Of a stretch of 64,000 nucleotides of DNA, positions 18,254 to 27,444 are shown piece by piece (position 1 is the stretch's first letter; each line of letters opens with the position of its first letter). Source of the DNA: an uncultured Paludibacter sp. (GTDB taxonomy: Bacteria > Bacteroidota > Bacteroidia > Bacteroidales > Paludibacteraceae); assembly GCA_963677275.1 (NCBI GenBank), contig OY781920.1, positions 1,009,960 through 1,073,959 on the forward strand, read 5' to 3'. Under the pieces are notes generated by a model that saw only the letters and a list, made by a program, of their open reading frames with translations, did no database searches and was not told the origin of the DNA. Both the position numbers and the translations under genes were made by a program.

Positions 18254-19348
18254 TTACTTCTTGAAATATGTATCGAGCAAATCCTTAGCGGCAATAAACG
18301 AGCTGATTTCGTTGGACAAAACACGGGCTTCATTTTTGACTAAAAGTTGCTGAATTTCTTTGTTTTGATAGAAATTATTTTTCAAATACTCATTGATCGA
18401 TTCGTACATCCAGTACTTGGACTGAGAATTCCGCTTGTGTTCGAAATAGTGATTCGTTTTTACAAATGCAATATATCTTTCAACCATTTCCCACACTTCG
18501 GTGATTCCTGTATTTTCAACGGCCGAACATGTAACAACATCAGGAGTCCAGCCCGAATCGGGTGCAGGAAACAAATGCAGAGCATTCTTAAATTGCACTT
18601 TAGCCACATTTGCTTTGTCAATGTTGGCGCCATCGCATTTATTAATGGCAATCCCATCGGCCATTTCCATAATTCCACGTTTAATGCCCTGAAGTTCATC
18701 ACCGGTTCCGGCCAACTGAATGAGCAAAAAGAAATCGACCATAGAGTGAACGGCTGTTTCCGATTGCCCCACTCCCACCGTTTCCACAAAAATCGTATCG
18801 AAACCGGCAGCTTCGCAAAGCACTATGCTTTCGCGGGTTTTGCGTGCCACACCGCCCAGCGAACCTGCTGATGGCGAAGGACGTATAAATGCGTTTTTAG
18901 CTACCGAAAGTTCTTCCATACGGGTTTTATCGCCCAAAATACTTCCTTTGCTGCGTTCGCTGCTCGGGTCAATCGCCAGCACTGCCAGTTTATGATCCGC
19001 CCGAACCAGATGCATTCCCAAAGCCTCGATAAAAGTACTTTTACCGGCTCCCGGGACACCTGTAATGCCCAACCGCACCGAATTTCCGGCATAGGGAAGA
19101 CATTTTTCAATCACCTCCTGCGCTATTGCCTGATGCTCTGGTAACGAACTCTCAACCAAAGTAACAGCCTGACTCAATACCGAAACATCGCCTTTGAGAA
19201 TACCCTCCACAAATTCGGCTGCCGAAAAATTGCGCCGCTTGCGCTTGGTGCGTTGATAAGGATTAATGGTCGGTACGGTATCAACGCCTTGATTCACAGT
19301 TAAACCTTTGAAATTCGTATCGTTTTCAGGATGATGATGGTAATGCAT
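18254..19348 (-). CDS. meaB: methylmalonyl-CoA mutase-associated GTPase
   Basis: GITGVPGAGKST, AIDPSS, ETVGVGQSE and INKCDG motifs. Confidence 0.93.
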   Translation of the reverse strand: MHYHHHPENDTNFKGLTVNQGVDTVPTINPYQRTKRKRRNFSAAEFVEGILKGDVSVLSQAVTLVESSLPEHQAIAQEVIEKCLPYAGNSVRLGITGVPGAGKSTFIEALGMHLVRADHKLAVLAIDPSSERSKGSILGDKTRMEELSVAKNAFIRPSPSAGSLGGVARKTRESIVLCEAAGFDTIFVETVGVGQSETAVHSMVDFFLLIQLAGTGDELQGIKRGIMEMADGIAINKCDGANIDKANVAKVQFKNALHLFPAPDSGWTPDVVTCSAVENTGITEVWEMVERYIAFVKTNHYFEHKRNSQSKYWMYESINEYLKNNFYQNKEIQQLLVKNEARVLSNEISSFIAAKDLLDTYFKK

Positions 19349-19385
19349 TTCGGTCGAAATTGAAATGTTGATGAATTGAATGCTT

Positions 19386-19432
19386 AAAAAATCAAGAGCC
19401 CTTCTATTAAAAAAACATCAAGGCTCTTTTTT
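19386..19432 (-). terminator. hairpin/terminator between the DUF1573 gene and meaB
   Basis: AAGAGCC/GGCTCTT stem with A and T runs. Confidence 0.55.
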
Positions 19433-19452
19433 ATTTGTGTACGGGAAAAACG

Positions 19453-20535
19453 TTATTTCTGCACTTTCCAGTTCAAAACGAGAATAACGAAAGTATTATC
19501 AGGATCGTTGGTTTGTACAGTGATCGATTTTTTGTAATCGCCTTCGGCCAGCGATTTGGTCATCAAATCAATGATTAAAAAATTAGATTTTCCACCGGCA
19601 ATCGACATTTTGGCGGGGTGTACATTTATATCCTTGTTGTTATTGATCACTCTTCTTATTTCGAGAGGATTGACCCCTTTATTGGCAATTTTATACTTGG
19701 CTGTTTTCTTGCTTCCGGCCTTTATCACTCCAAAATCGATGGTACGGCTTATCGCTTCCATGATAGGAGCTTTGCGTTTTTGATCCAAAGTAAGCCCACT
19801 GAAGTCTTCAACAACATTACCTACAACTCTCAACTGAAATTCGTCTGAAAATTTTCGCTGATTATTTAATACGACATAAACCTCATCGGTCACTGGTCCC
19901 CATTGGTTAATATTTCGGCTATTGAAAGTAAAAGTGATATTTCCTTCTTCATTGGGTTTTAAAACTTCGGGGTACACCGTAGCATTCAGGTAGGAAGGTA
20001 AATTTTCGATGACCGGTTTTAAATTGGTTTTGCCTGTATTTTGAATCTCTATCACACGGTTCTGACTTTTACCCTTGTCCACATTGTTCATCTGAATCAT
20101 TTTTGATTTAAGTCTTAAATCGCCCATGGCCACTGGATATGCACTATTTCCGGATGCCGATTTAGGAATCACCTCGCCCTTGATGAGCAATGTAACCTGT
20201 TCTTCTGAAGCATTGCTATATACGGTAATTGTTTTTGTAAATACTCCGGGACGCCCCATAGGGTTATAGGCCACAGTCACCGATCCTTTTTTCCCCGGCT
20301 CAATCGGCTCTTTGGTCCAAGTAGGTGTAGTGCAACCACAGGATGCCTGAACACGACTTACCACGAGTGGTGACTTCCCGGTATTTGTGAAATTAAAAAC
20401 ATAAGTTGCTTTCCCATCTTCTTCGGCTATTTTCTCAAAATCATAGGTTTTAGTTTCGAAAGTGATCACTGCCTTTTGAGCAAATGAAACAATTGAAAAT
20501 GCAAAACAAATCAATAATAAACTATACTTTTTCAT
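19453..20535 (-). CDS. DUF1573 multi-domain secreted protein
   Basis: Signal peptide; VQASCGCTTP and repeated Ig-like NTGK/NKG modules. Confidence 0.85.
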   Translation of the reverse strand: MKKYSLLLICFAFSIVSFAQKAVITFETKTYDFEKIAEEDGKATYVFNFTNTGKSPLVVSRVQASCGCTTPTWTKEPIEPGKKGSVTVAYNPMGRPGVFTKTITVYSNASEEQVTLLIKGEVIPKSASGNSAYPVAMGDLRLKSKMIQMNNVDKGKSQNRVIEIQNTGKTNLKPVIENLPSYLNATVYPEVLKPNEEGNITFTFNSRNINQWGPVTDEVYVVLNNQRKFSDEFQLRVVGNVVEDFSGLTLDQKRKAPIMEAISRTIDFGVIKAGSKKTAKYKIANKGVNPLEIRRVINNNKDINVHPAKMSIAGGKSNFLIIDLMTKSLAEGDYKKSITVQTNDPDNTFVILVLNWKVQK

Positions 20536-20976
20536 TTGTAAATAAATATTTTAATAATGTTATATAATATTTTTTGAACGAAAATATACGAAACAAACAC
20601 TTTATATCTTATAAAAGAGGCATGTACGGATATTTGTTAAACGGATATCTATAAAAACTTGTAAAATACAAAAATAGAAAAAAGGATTGTCATTATACCC
20701 TACAATTTCAAATATCTATTATATTTTAGTTAAATACAAGTATTTTTAATTCCTGCTCAATAAATTTTCGATACTCTATCTCTTGATTTTTTTTTTTGAA
20801 TGTAAAAAAATACATTTCTAAAATCTCCATATTTATTCCGACAAAATCATTACTTTTGTAATGAATCGCAAATGAATAAAAGGAGTTAAGCAATTTAAAC
20901 CCTAACGCTCGATAAATGTGTATTGTTCTTGTCATTTTACTCATTTATTCTGGTTTTTATTCAAAAAAACAAAGCA

Positions 20977-22158
20977 ATGAAAGAGAAAATAAAAGCACTT
21001 ACTTTAAAATATAACGATGATATAATTCAGTATTATCGACATTTGCATGCTCATCCTGAGCTTTCGTTCGAGGAATTCTTAACTGCACAATACATTCAGG
21101 ATCAACTTAAGGATATGCAAATTCCGTTTCGTGCCGGTATAGGTGGAAATGGAATTCTGGGTCGTATCGAGGGAGCAAATCCACGAAAAAAGGTAATCGC
21201 CCTGCGTGCCGACATGGATGCTTTACCTATCGACGAAGGAGTTAATATTCCCTGGAAATCGAAAAATGAAAATGTAATGCATGCCTGCGGACACGATGCG
21301 CACACTGCCTGTTTGCTTGGAGCCGCTAAAATACTGAACGATCTGCGTCACCTGTTTGAAGGTACCATATTACTTATTTTTCAGCCAGGAGAGGAAAAAG
21401 CACCCGGTGGAGCACGCTTAATGCTCGAAGCTGGAATATTTGATGAAATACAACCTGAACTCATCATAGCCCAACATGTATCTGTGGACTACCCTACCGG
21501 TACGCTTGGATTTTTACCGGGAATGATAATGGCCTCGGCCGACGAAATTCATGTAAAAATACACGGCAAGGGCGGACATGGTGCATTGCCTCATCTCACT
21601 AACGACACTGTTCTTTGTGCTGCGCAAACCCTGGTTTCGCTTCAGCAGGTGCGCAGTCGACTCTGTCCTCCGCTTATTCCCATGGTGCTTACTTTTGGAA
21701 AATTACAAGCTGGTAGTGCTCAAAACATCATTCCTCACGAAGCGCTGCTTTCTGGAACTCTCAGAACTGTGGACGAGCAATGGAGAGAAAAAGCCAAAAT
21801 ACATATCCGGCGAATTATAAACGAAACCTCTGCCGCCTATGGTTGCACTGCCGAAATTGACATCCCCGATGGATATCCATGTGTTGTGAACGATGTGGAA
21901 ACAACACTCAAAGCACGGCAATTTGCAACCGAATGGGTAGGCAATGAAAAAGTGGTGGACCTCGAAATGAGAATGACCTCCGAAGATTTTGCTTTTTTCA
22001 CGCAAAAATATCCTTGTTCTTTTTACCGTTTTGGTGTGAAAGGAGCATCAAATGCCGATACCGGCGGTTTACACAGCGCTAATTTCTGTATCGACGAGGA
22101 AGCGCTCAGTACAGGCTTTGGAGGAATGGCCTGGATAGCTTGGAAATTTATAACGTGA
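20977..22158 (+). CDS. M20D amidohydrolase (start 20977)
   Basis: HAHPELSF, LRADMDAL, MHACGHDAH, FQPGEE and SEDF motifs. Confidence 0.9.
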   Translation: MKEKIKALTLKYNDDIIQYYRHLHAHPELSFEEFLTAQYIQDQLKDMQIPFRAGIGGNGILGRIEGANPRKKVIALRADMDALPIDEGVNIPWKSKNENVMHACGHDAHTACLLGAAKILNDLRHLFEGTILLIFQPGEEKAPGGARLMLEAGIFDEIQPELIIAQHVSVDYPTGTLGFLPGMIMASADEIHVKIHGKGGHGALPHLTNDTVLCAAQTLVSLQQVRSRLCPPLIPMVLTFGKLQAGSAQNIIPHEALLSGTLRTVDEQWREKAKIHIRRIINETSAAYGCTAEIDIPDGYPCVVNDVETTLKARQFATEWVGNEKVVDLEMRMTSEDFAFFTQKYPCSFYRFGVKGASNADTGGLHSANFCIDEEALSTGFGGMAWIAWKFIT

Positions 22159-22345
22159 GTTTCGCGTTCTGAGTTTCGTGTTTTGGCTTAGTGAACGCTT
22201 CAACGATTATTCAGTTATTCAACGATTCAACAGTTCAACAGTTCAACAACGTCTGTAGACAGGAGATTTATCAACAATTGGCACAACTTGTCCCGAATTC
22301 ATCGGGATTGGCATATTATCAAATTGGCATATTTGCACATTGACT
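22156..22345. repeat. modular mosaic intergenic repeat, copy B (inverted relative to A)
   Basis: The reverse complement of 22200-22263 matches 18044-18107 at 58/64. It also has GTTTCGnGTT and AATTGGCAnATT modules and an inserted TCCCGA...TCGGGA palindrome. Confidence 0.8.
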
Positions 22346-22385
22346 GATCTTTTAATGAACTAAAAAAAATATATTAAATTATCGC

Positions 22386-23663
22386 ATGAAAAAAAGTTTT
22401 TCGATCTTTCTCGTTATGCTGTTTTCGGTAGCTTTATTGGCTCAAAAAAATGAAAACGCACAAAAATTTATTTATTCAAAAAAAGTACCTGCCACCTTTG
22501 ATGCTACCCGTCTGGCTCGGATCGACACAGTTTTCCAGCAGTTGGTGGATAATGGAGTGATTCCACATGCAGTTACCTTTGTGGCTCACCATGGCAAAGT
22601 AGTACACAACAAAGCTTTCGGCTGGCAGGATGTCGAGAGTAAAACTCCGTGCCAAACCGACAATATCTTCAGAATGGCTTCTCAAACCAAAGCCATCACG
22701 GCTGTGGCTGTGCTCACTTTGTTCGAAGAAGGAAAAATCCTGCTCGACGATCCTATCAAAAAATACATTCCTGAGTTTGCTCAGCCCCGGGTGATGACCT
22801 CCTTCAATCCGGAGGATTCAAGTTTTACGACCCGTCCCGCTAAGCGCGACATCACCATACGCGATTTACTGACACATACTTCGGGTATTTCGTACGGATC
22901 GGGCAATTCACGAAAAATGTACGATAAAATGGGAATTCCTGTTTCACCACTTTACACCCTCGAAAACAAAACTTTAGGCGATATCATTAAATTATTGGCC
23001 ACCTGTCCGCTCGAACATGATCCGGGAGAGAAATTCAGCTATGGTATGAGCGTTGATGTGTTGGGCTATCTTATCGAAGTAGTTTCAGGTCAGAAAGTGG
23101 AAACCTTCTTCAAAGAAAGAATTTTTGACCCGCTGGGAATGAACAATACTTACTTTTATTTGCCCGATAGCAAAAAACAAAGGATAGTAACCCTGTATCA
23201 GCAGCTAAACGACAAACCTTTGGTTCGGAACGAAGCGGCCAACAATATTTATCAGATTTTTCCCTATTCGGGAGCAAAAACATTCTGTAGCACCGGCGCC
23301 GGACTCTCCGGAACAGCCGATGATTATGCCAAATTCTGCCAAATGATACTCAACGAAGGGGAATTCAACGGCAAACGCATTCTGAGCCGAAAAACAATTG
23401 AAATGATGCGTAAAAATGCTGTGGGCGATCTGCGGGGCAGCATTGGCTTCGGACTGGCATTCGACGATTTTCGTGCACAATATTCACACTTATCTATTGC
23501 TTCCGAAGGTTCGTTGCGTTGGGGAGGAATGTTTGGCACCGATTATATCATCGATCCGAAAGAAGATTTAATCCTGTTGTTTTATATCAATTTACAACCC
23601 AATTATTCGGGAACCGATTTCAAAGTGCTCTTTCATAATTTAGTGTATCAGGCTTTAAAATAA
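22386..23663 (+). CDS. serine hydrolase, beta-lactamase/esterase (class C-like) family
   Basis: Signal peptide; FRMASQTK (SxxK), LLTHTSG, FSYG and WGGMFGT motifs. Confidence 0.88.
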   Translation: MKKSFSIFLVMLFSVALLAQKNENAQKFIYSKKVPATFDATRLARIDTVFQQLVDNGVIPHAVTFVAHHGKVVHNKAFGWQDVESKTPCQTDNIFRMASQTKAITAVAVLTLFEEGKILLDDPIKKYIPEFAQPRVMTSFNPEDSSFTTRPAKRDITIRDLLTHTSGISYGSGNSRKMYDKMGIPVSPLYTLENKTLGDIIKLLATCPLEHDPGEKFSYGMSVDVLGYLIEVVSGQKVETFFKERIFDPLGMNNTYFYLPDSKKQRIVTLYQQLNDKPLVRNEAANNIYQIFPYSGAKTFCSTGAGLSGTADDYAKFCQMILNEGEFNGKRILSRKTIEMMRKNAVGDLRGSIGFGLAFDDFRAQYSHLSIASEGSLRWGGMFGTDYIIDPKEDLILLFYINLQPNYSGTDFKVLFHNLVYQALK

Positions 23664-23848
23664 TCAGGAATAGAAAAGTCAGGGATTATTTTTTCTCTAA
23701 TCGAATCCAACAACAAAAACAAGGAATACACTGAACAGTTTTGGTAATAACTTAAAAAACAAATTAGTATATATGAAACACCCGTGACCTAGCTAAAAAT
23801 TTAGGACACACAAGGAGATGATTAAAAATTTTACTAAACATTCTTTGT

Positions 23849-23883
23849 CCCTCTCTTATTCCCCCTTCAGGGGGTTAGGGGGC
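23849..23883. repeat. REP-like GC-rich palindrome
   Basis: CCCCC-TTCA-GGGGG core within an outer CCCT...AGGG, in otherwise AT-rich intergenic DNA. Confidence 0.5.
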
Positions 23884-23905
23884 AGATATAATAAATTATA
23901 AATAT

Positions 23906-26020
23906 ATGAAACAATTCATTTTATTCACCTTTTCAATCTTGTTTATGTCAGCATGCACTTCGTCAAGTAAATTAAAATATCCTGCGACTACGAAAGAAAA
24001 TGTTGTCGACAACTATTTCGGAACAGCAGTGCCCGAACCTTATCGATGGCTCGAAAACGACACATCGGCAGCTACAGAAACCTGGGTAACAGCTCAAAAC
24101 AAAATAACATATCAGTATTTGGATCAAATCAACTTTCGATCCGGATTGAAAAAGCGTTTGACTGATTTGACGGACTACCCTAAATATGGTTCGCCTTTTA
24201 AGAAAAACGGGAAATATTATTTTTTCAAAAACGATGGATTGCAAAACCAAAGCGTACTCTACAGTCTTGCTAAACTCGACGGAACACCAAAAGTATTGCT
24301 CGACCCGAATCAGCTCTCGACTGATGGCACGGTAGCCCTTTCGCAGGTTTCGTTCTCGAACAATGACAAATACCTTGCTTACAGCATTGCCCGAAGTGGT
24401 TCGGACTGGAACGAAATTTACATCATGGACATTGCAACCGGTCAACTGTTGCCCGATGTGATTCATTGGGTTAAATTCTCAGGCATTTCGTGGAAAGGTG
24501 ATGGTTTTTACTATAGCGCTTACGATGCACCTGTTGCCGGAAAGGAATACTCCAACAAGAATGAATATCACAAAGTATATTATCATAAGGTGGGCGAAGC
24601 GCAGAGCAAAGACCAGCTGGTGTTCGAAAACAAAGATTATCCTTTGAGAAACTGCTCAGCCATAGTAAGCGAGGATGAAGCGCTGCTCTTTATTGCTGAG
24701 ACAGCATCCACATCAGGTAATTCATTACAGTTCAAAGATCTGAACAACCCAACTGCCGGATTTGTTACACTCGAAGCAGGTTTCGACAACGACTACGCTG
24801 TGGTGGATCATATCGATGGAAAAATATATTTGTTGACCAACTGGCAAGCATCCAACCAGCAATTAATGGAAATTGACACCAAGCATCCTGAACGCAAAAA
24901 CTGGAAAACAATAATTCCTGCATCCAAAAATGTGTTGGAAGGTGTTTCGGTGTTGGGTGGTAAATTCATTGCGCAATACCTGCAGGATGCCGCAAGTCAT
25001 GCTTATGCCTACGATTTAAGCGGCAAACAGCTCTACGAAGTAAAACTACCTACGGTGGGTACTATTTCAGGATTTTCGGGCGACAAGGACGATAACGAAG
25101 CTTTCTACACCTTTAGCTCTTTCACTTTTCCGCCTACAATTTACAGGTTCGATGTGGCAGCCAACAAAGCTGAAGTCTTCCGCAAAGCAGATGTGTCCTT
25201 CCAACCGGAGGATTATGTAAGCGAACAAATATTTTACACAAGTAAAGATGGCACTAAAGTACCTATGTTTATCACCTATAAAAAAGGTATGCAGAAAACA
25301 GGTAAAAACCCTTTATTGCTATACGGATACGGAGGTTTTAATATAAGTGTAAATCCCGGTTTCAGTGTTTCGCGTATTCCTTTTCTCGAGAATGGCGGTA
25401 TTTATGTGGTGGCCAACATACGTGGCGGTGGCGAATATGGTGAAGCCTGGCACAAAGCGGGTACAAAAATGCAGAAACAAAATGTTTTCGACGATTTTAT
25501 TGCTGCTGCCGTATTTCTTATCAAAGAAAAATATACATCTTCTCAAAAATTGGCCATTGATGGTGGCTCGAACGGTGGATTGCTCGTTGGCGCCTGCATG
25601 ACTCAACGTCCCGATCTTTTTGCAGTTGCCATCCCCGAAGTGGGCGTACTTGATATGCTCCGTTACCACAAGTTCACCATTGGCTGGGCATGGGCTACCG
25701 ACTATGGTACAAGCGAAGAAAGCAAGGAAATGTTTGATTACCTGAAAGCTTATTCGCCACTACACAACCTGAAACCGGGTGTCAGCTATCCTGCCACCAT
25801 GGTGATGACAGGCGATCATGACGACCGCGTAGTTCCTGCCCATTCCTTTAAATTTGCTGCCACTTTACAGGCCAGCAACGCAGGAAATGCTCCTTCGCTG
25901 ATTCGTATCGATACCAAGGCTGGTCATGGTGCAGGAAAACCAATCGGGAAAGTAATCGATGCTCAAACCGACATGTGGTCTTTTGTAATGTATCACTTAG
26001 GAATGAAACCGAAATTTTAA
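23906..26020 (+). CDS. prolyl oligopeptidase (S9A), probable lipoprotein
   Basis: PYRWLE, GGSNGG (Ser), DHDDRV (Asp) and KAGHG (His) motifs; lipobox MSAC. Confidence 0.93.
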   Translation: MKQFILFTFSILFMSACTSSSKLKYPATTKENVVDNYFGTAVPEPYRWLENDTSAATETWVTAQNKITYQYLDQINFRSGLKKRLTDLTDYPKYGSPFKKNGKYYFFKNDGLQNQSVLYSLAKLDGTPKVLLDPNQLSTDGTVALSQVSFSNNDKYLAYSIARSGSDWNEIYIMDIATGQLLPDVIHWVKFSGISWKGDGFYYSAYDAPVAGKEYSNKNEYHKVYYHKVGEAQSKDQLVFENKDYPLRNCSAIVSEDEALLFIAETASTSGNSLQFKDLNNPTAGFVTLEAGFDNDYAVVDHIDGKIYLLTNWQASNQQLMEIDTKHPERKNWKTIIPASKNVLEGVSVLGGKFIAQYLQDAASHAYAYDLSGKQLYEVKLPTVGTISGFSGDKDDNEAFYTFSSFTFPPTIYRFDVAANKAEVFRKADVSFQPEDYVSEQIFYTSKDGTKVPMFITYKKGMQKTGKNPLLLYGYGGFNISVNPGFSVSRIPFLENGGIYVVANIRGGGEYGEAWHKAGTKMQKQNVFDDFIAAAVFLIKEKYTSSQKLAIDGGSNGGLLVGACMTQRPDLFAVAIPEVGVLDMLRYHKFTIGWAWATDYGTSEESKEMFDYLKAYSPLHNLKPGVSYPATMVMTGDHDDRVVPAHSFKFAATLQASNAGNAPSLIRIDTKAGHGAGKPIGKVIDAQTDMWSFVMYHLGMKPKF

Positions 26021-26039
26021 ATCAGGACTTTAGAATAAA

Positions 26040-26285
26040 GCGTTGAACTGTTAAATCGTTGAATTATCGACTGTATATAGTTCCAGGTTTCCGATCAAGA
26101 CGAAAGACAAAAGAAGAACAAAGACAAAAGAACAAAGACAAGAGACGAAAGACTGAATCGTTGAACTTGTCTGCCGTTAATTATTAATCATGAATTGTCT
26201 ACAGTCCCCGGTCTATTGTCAAGACTTGAACTTTAGACAAAAACACAAAACAAAAACACAAAACCAAAACTGTTAAACTGTTAAG
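26040..26285. repeat. modular mosaic intergenic repeat, copy C
   Basis: GTTGAACTGTTAAATCGTTGAAT module, AAAGAC(A/G) heptamer array, and GTCTACAGTCCCCGGTCTA (18/19 to 18033-18051). Confidence 0.7.
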
Positions 26286-26443
26286 TCCTTCAATTTTTAA
26301 TCTTGTAACATTATTCAGCATTATTGCTGAGAAGTAGTATGGACGATAAGAGATAAATGAAGTAAAACCAACCTGAACTCGAATGAAATTTTGAAAATCA
26401 AACAACAATTTGGGTGCAGGTTACAGAGAGAATTAGACAAAGT

Positions 26444-27367
26444 ATGAAGAAAAAAATAGCAATTGCAGGACTCGGTGGAGTTGGAGGGTATTATGGGGGA
26501 TTGTTGGCGGCCTATTGTGCTGCAAATCGCGATGTTGAAGTTTTTTTTGTAGCGCGTGGGGCTCACTTAAAAAAGATTCGGGAACAAGGGTTGAAGGTAA
26601 TCACTGAAACAGGTTCTTTCGTTGTGCATCCCATATTGGCTACCGATAATGTTGAGGAAATAGGGAAAGTAGATTATCTGATCATGTGTACTAAAAGTTA
26701 TGATCTCAAGGCTACCATAGAACAAATGAAACCTTGCATTGGAAATGATACAGTGGTTCTGCCGCTTCTCAACGGTGCCGATATCAGTGAGAGAATACGT
26801 GCTTTATTGCCTGCTACCGAAGTGTGGCAAGGCTGCGTTTATATAGTAGGCCGACTGAACGAACCAGGAGTTGTAGAAAGTTCGGGAGGATTGCATGACT
26901 TGTTTTTCGGGTACGATCAACATCCCGATTCCGAACGATTGCTGTTTATGGAAAAACTTATGATAGAAGCAGGGATTAAAGCCCATCTGAGCAAGAACAT
27001 ACGTGCTGTGATCTGGCGTAAGTTTATTTTTATATCCACTACAGCATCACTCACTTCCTGTTACAATGTAGGTTTCCGTGAGGTGCTTGCCGATGAAAAG
27101 TTAAGGCCGATAACTATGGCTTTTATGAAAGAAGTAGCTGCTGTGGCTGCTGCTGAAGGTGTTGTGTTCGAACACGATATTATTGAAACTACTATTCGTC
27201 ACATCGAACGTTTGCCTTTTGGTACTACCTCGTCGATGCATAGTGACTTCAAAGCAGGACGCAATACAGAATTGAATACCCTTACTCAAATTGTAATTGA
27301 AATGGGTAAAAAACATGGCATTCCTACACCTACTTACGAAATGATTTACAATCAATTGAAAGGATAA
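26444..27367 (+). CDS. panE: 2-dehydropantoate 2-reductase (start 26444)
   Basis: IAGLGGVGG, CTKSYD, LLNG, WRKF and SSMHSD...TELNTL motifs. Confidence 0.88.
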   Translation: MKKKIAIAGLGGVGGYYGGLLAAYCAANRDVEVFFVARGAHLKKIREQGLKVITETGSFVVHPILATDNVEEIGKVDYLIMCTKSYDLKATIEQMKPCIGNDTVVLPLLNGADISERIRALLPATEVWQGCVYIVGRLNEPGVVESSGGLHDLFFGYDQHPDSERLLFMEKLMIEAGIKAHLSKNIRAVIWRKFIFISTTASLTSCYNVGFREVLADEKLRPITMAFMKEVAAVAAAEGVVFEHDIIETTIRHIERLPFGTTSSMHSDFKAGRNTELNTLTQIVIEMGKKHGIPTPTYEMIYNQLKG

Positions 27368-27387
27368 TTTCGTTCGGAGCGATATAA

Positions 27388-27426
27388 TAAAAAAAGGACG
27401 TGCATTGATTTACACGTCCTTTTTTT
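27388..27426. terminator. bidirectional intrinsic terminator
   Basis: AAAAGGACGTG/CACGTCCTTTT stem. Confidence 0.8.
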
Positions 27427-27444
27427 AATAAAAATATGAGTTGA

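Noticed and set aside
20626-20650. ACGGATAT direct repeat in the DUF1573/amidohydrolase divergent gap
   Set aside because: It could be a regulator site, but two 8-mers with no cognate regulator nearby is too weak.
20726-20944. 72-aa minus-strand ORF and T11 tract in the intergenic region
   Set aside because: It overlaps the promoter region, has no motif, and the tract is not clearly within a promoter spacer.
17985-26290. Short tandem repeats considered as a CRISPR array
   Set aside because: Units are 7-8 nt with no unique spacers, and there are no cas genes.
26340-26443. Possible four-helix-bundle gene remnant (LGAGYRE) after mosaic C
   Set aside because: It is a seven-residue resemblance bounded by stops, consistent with chance.
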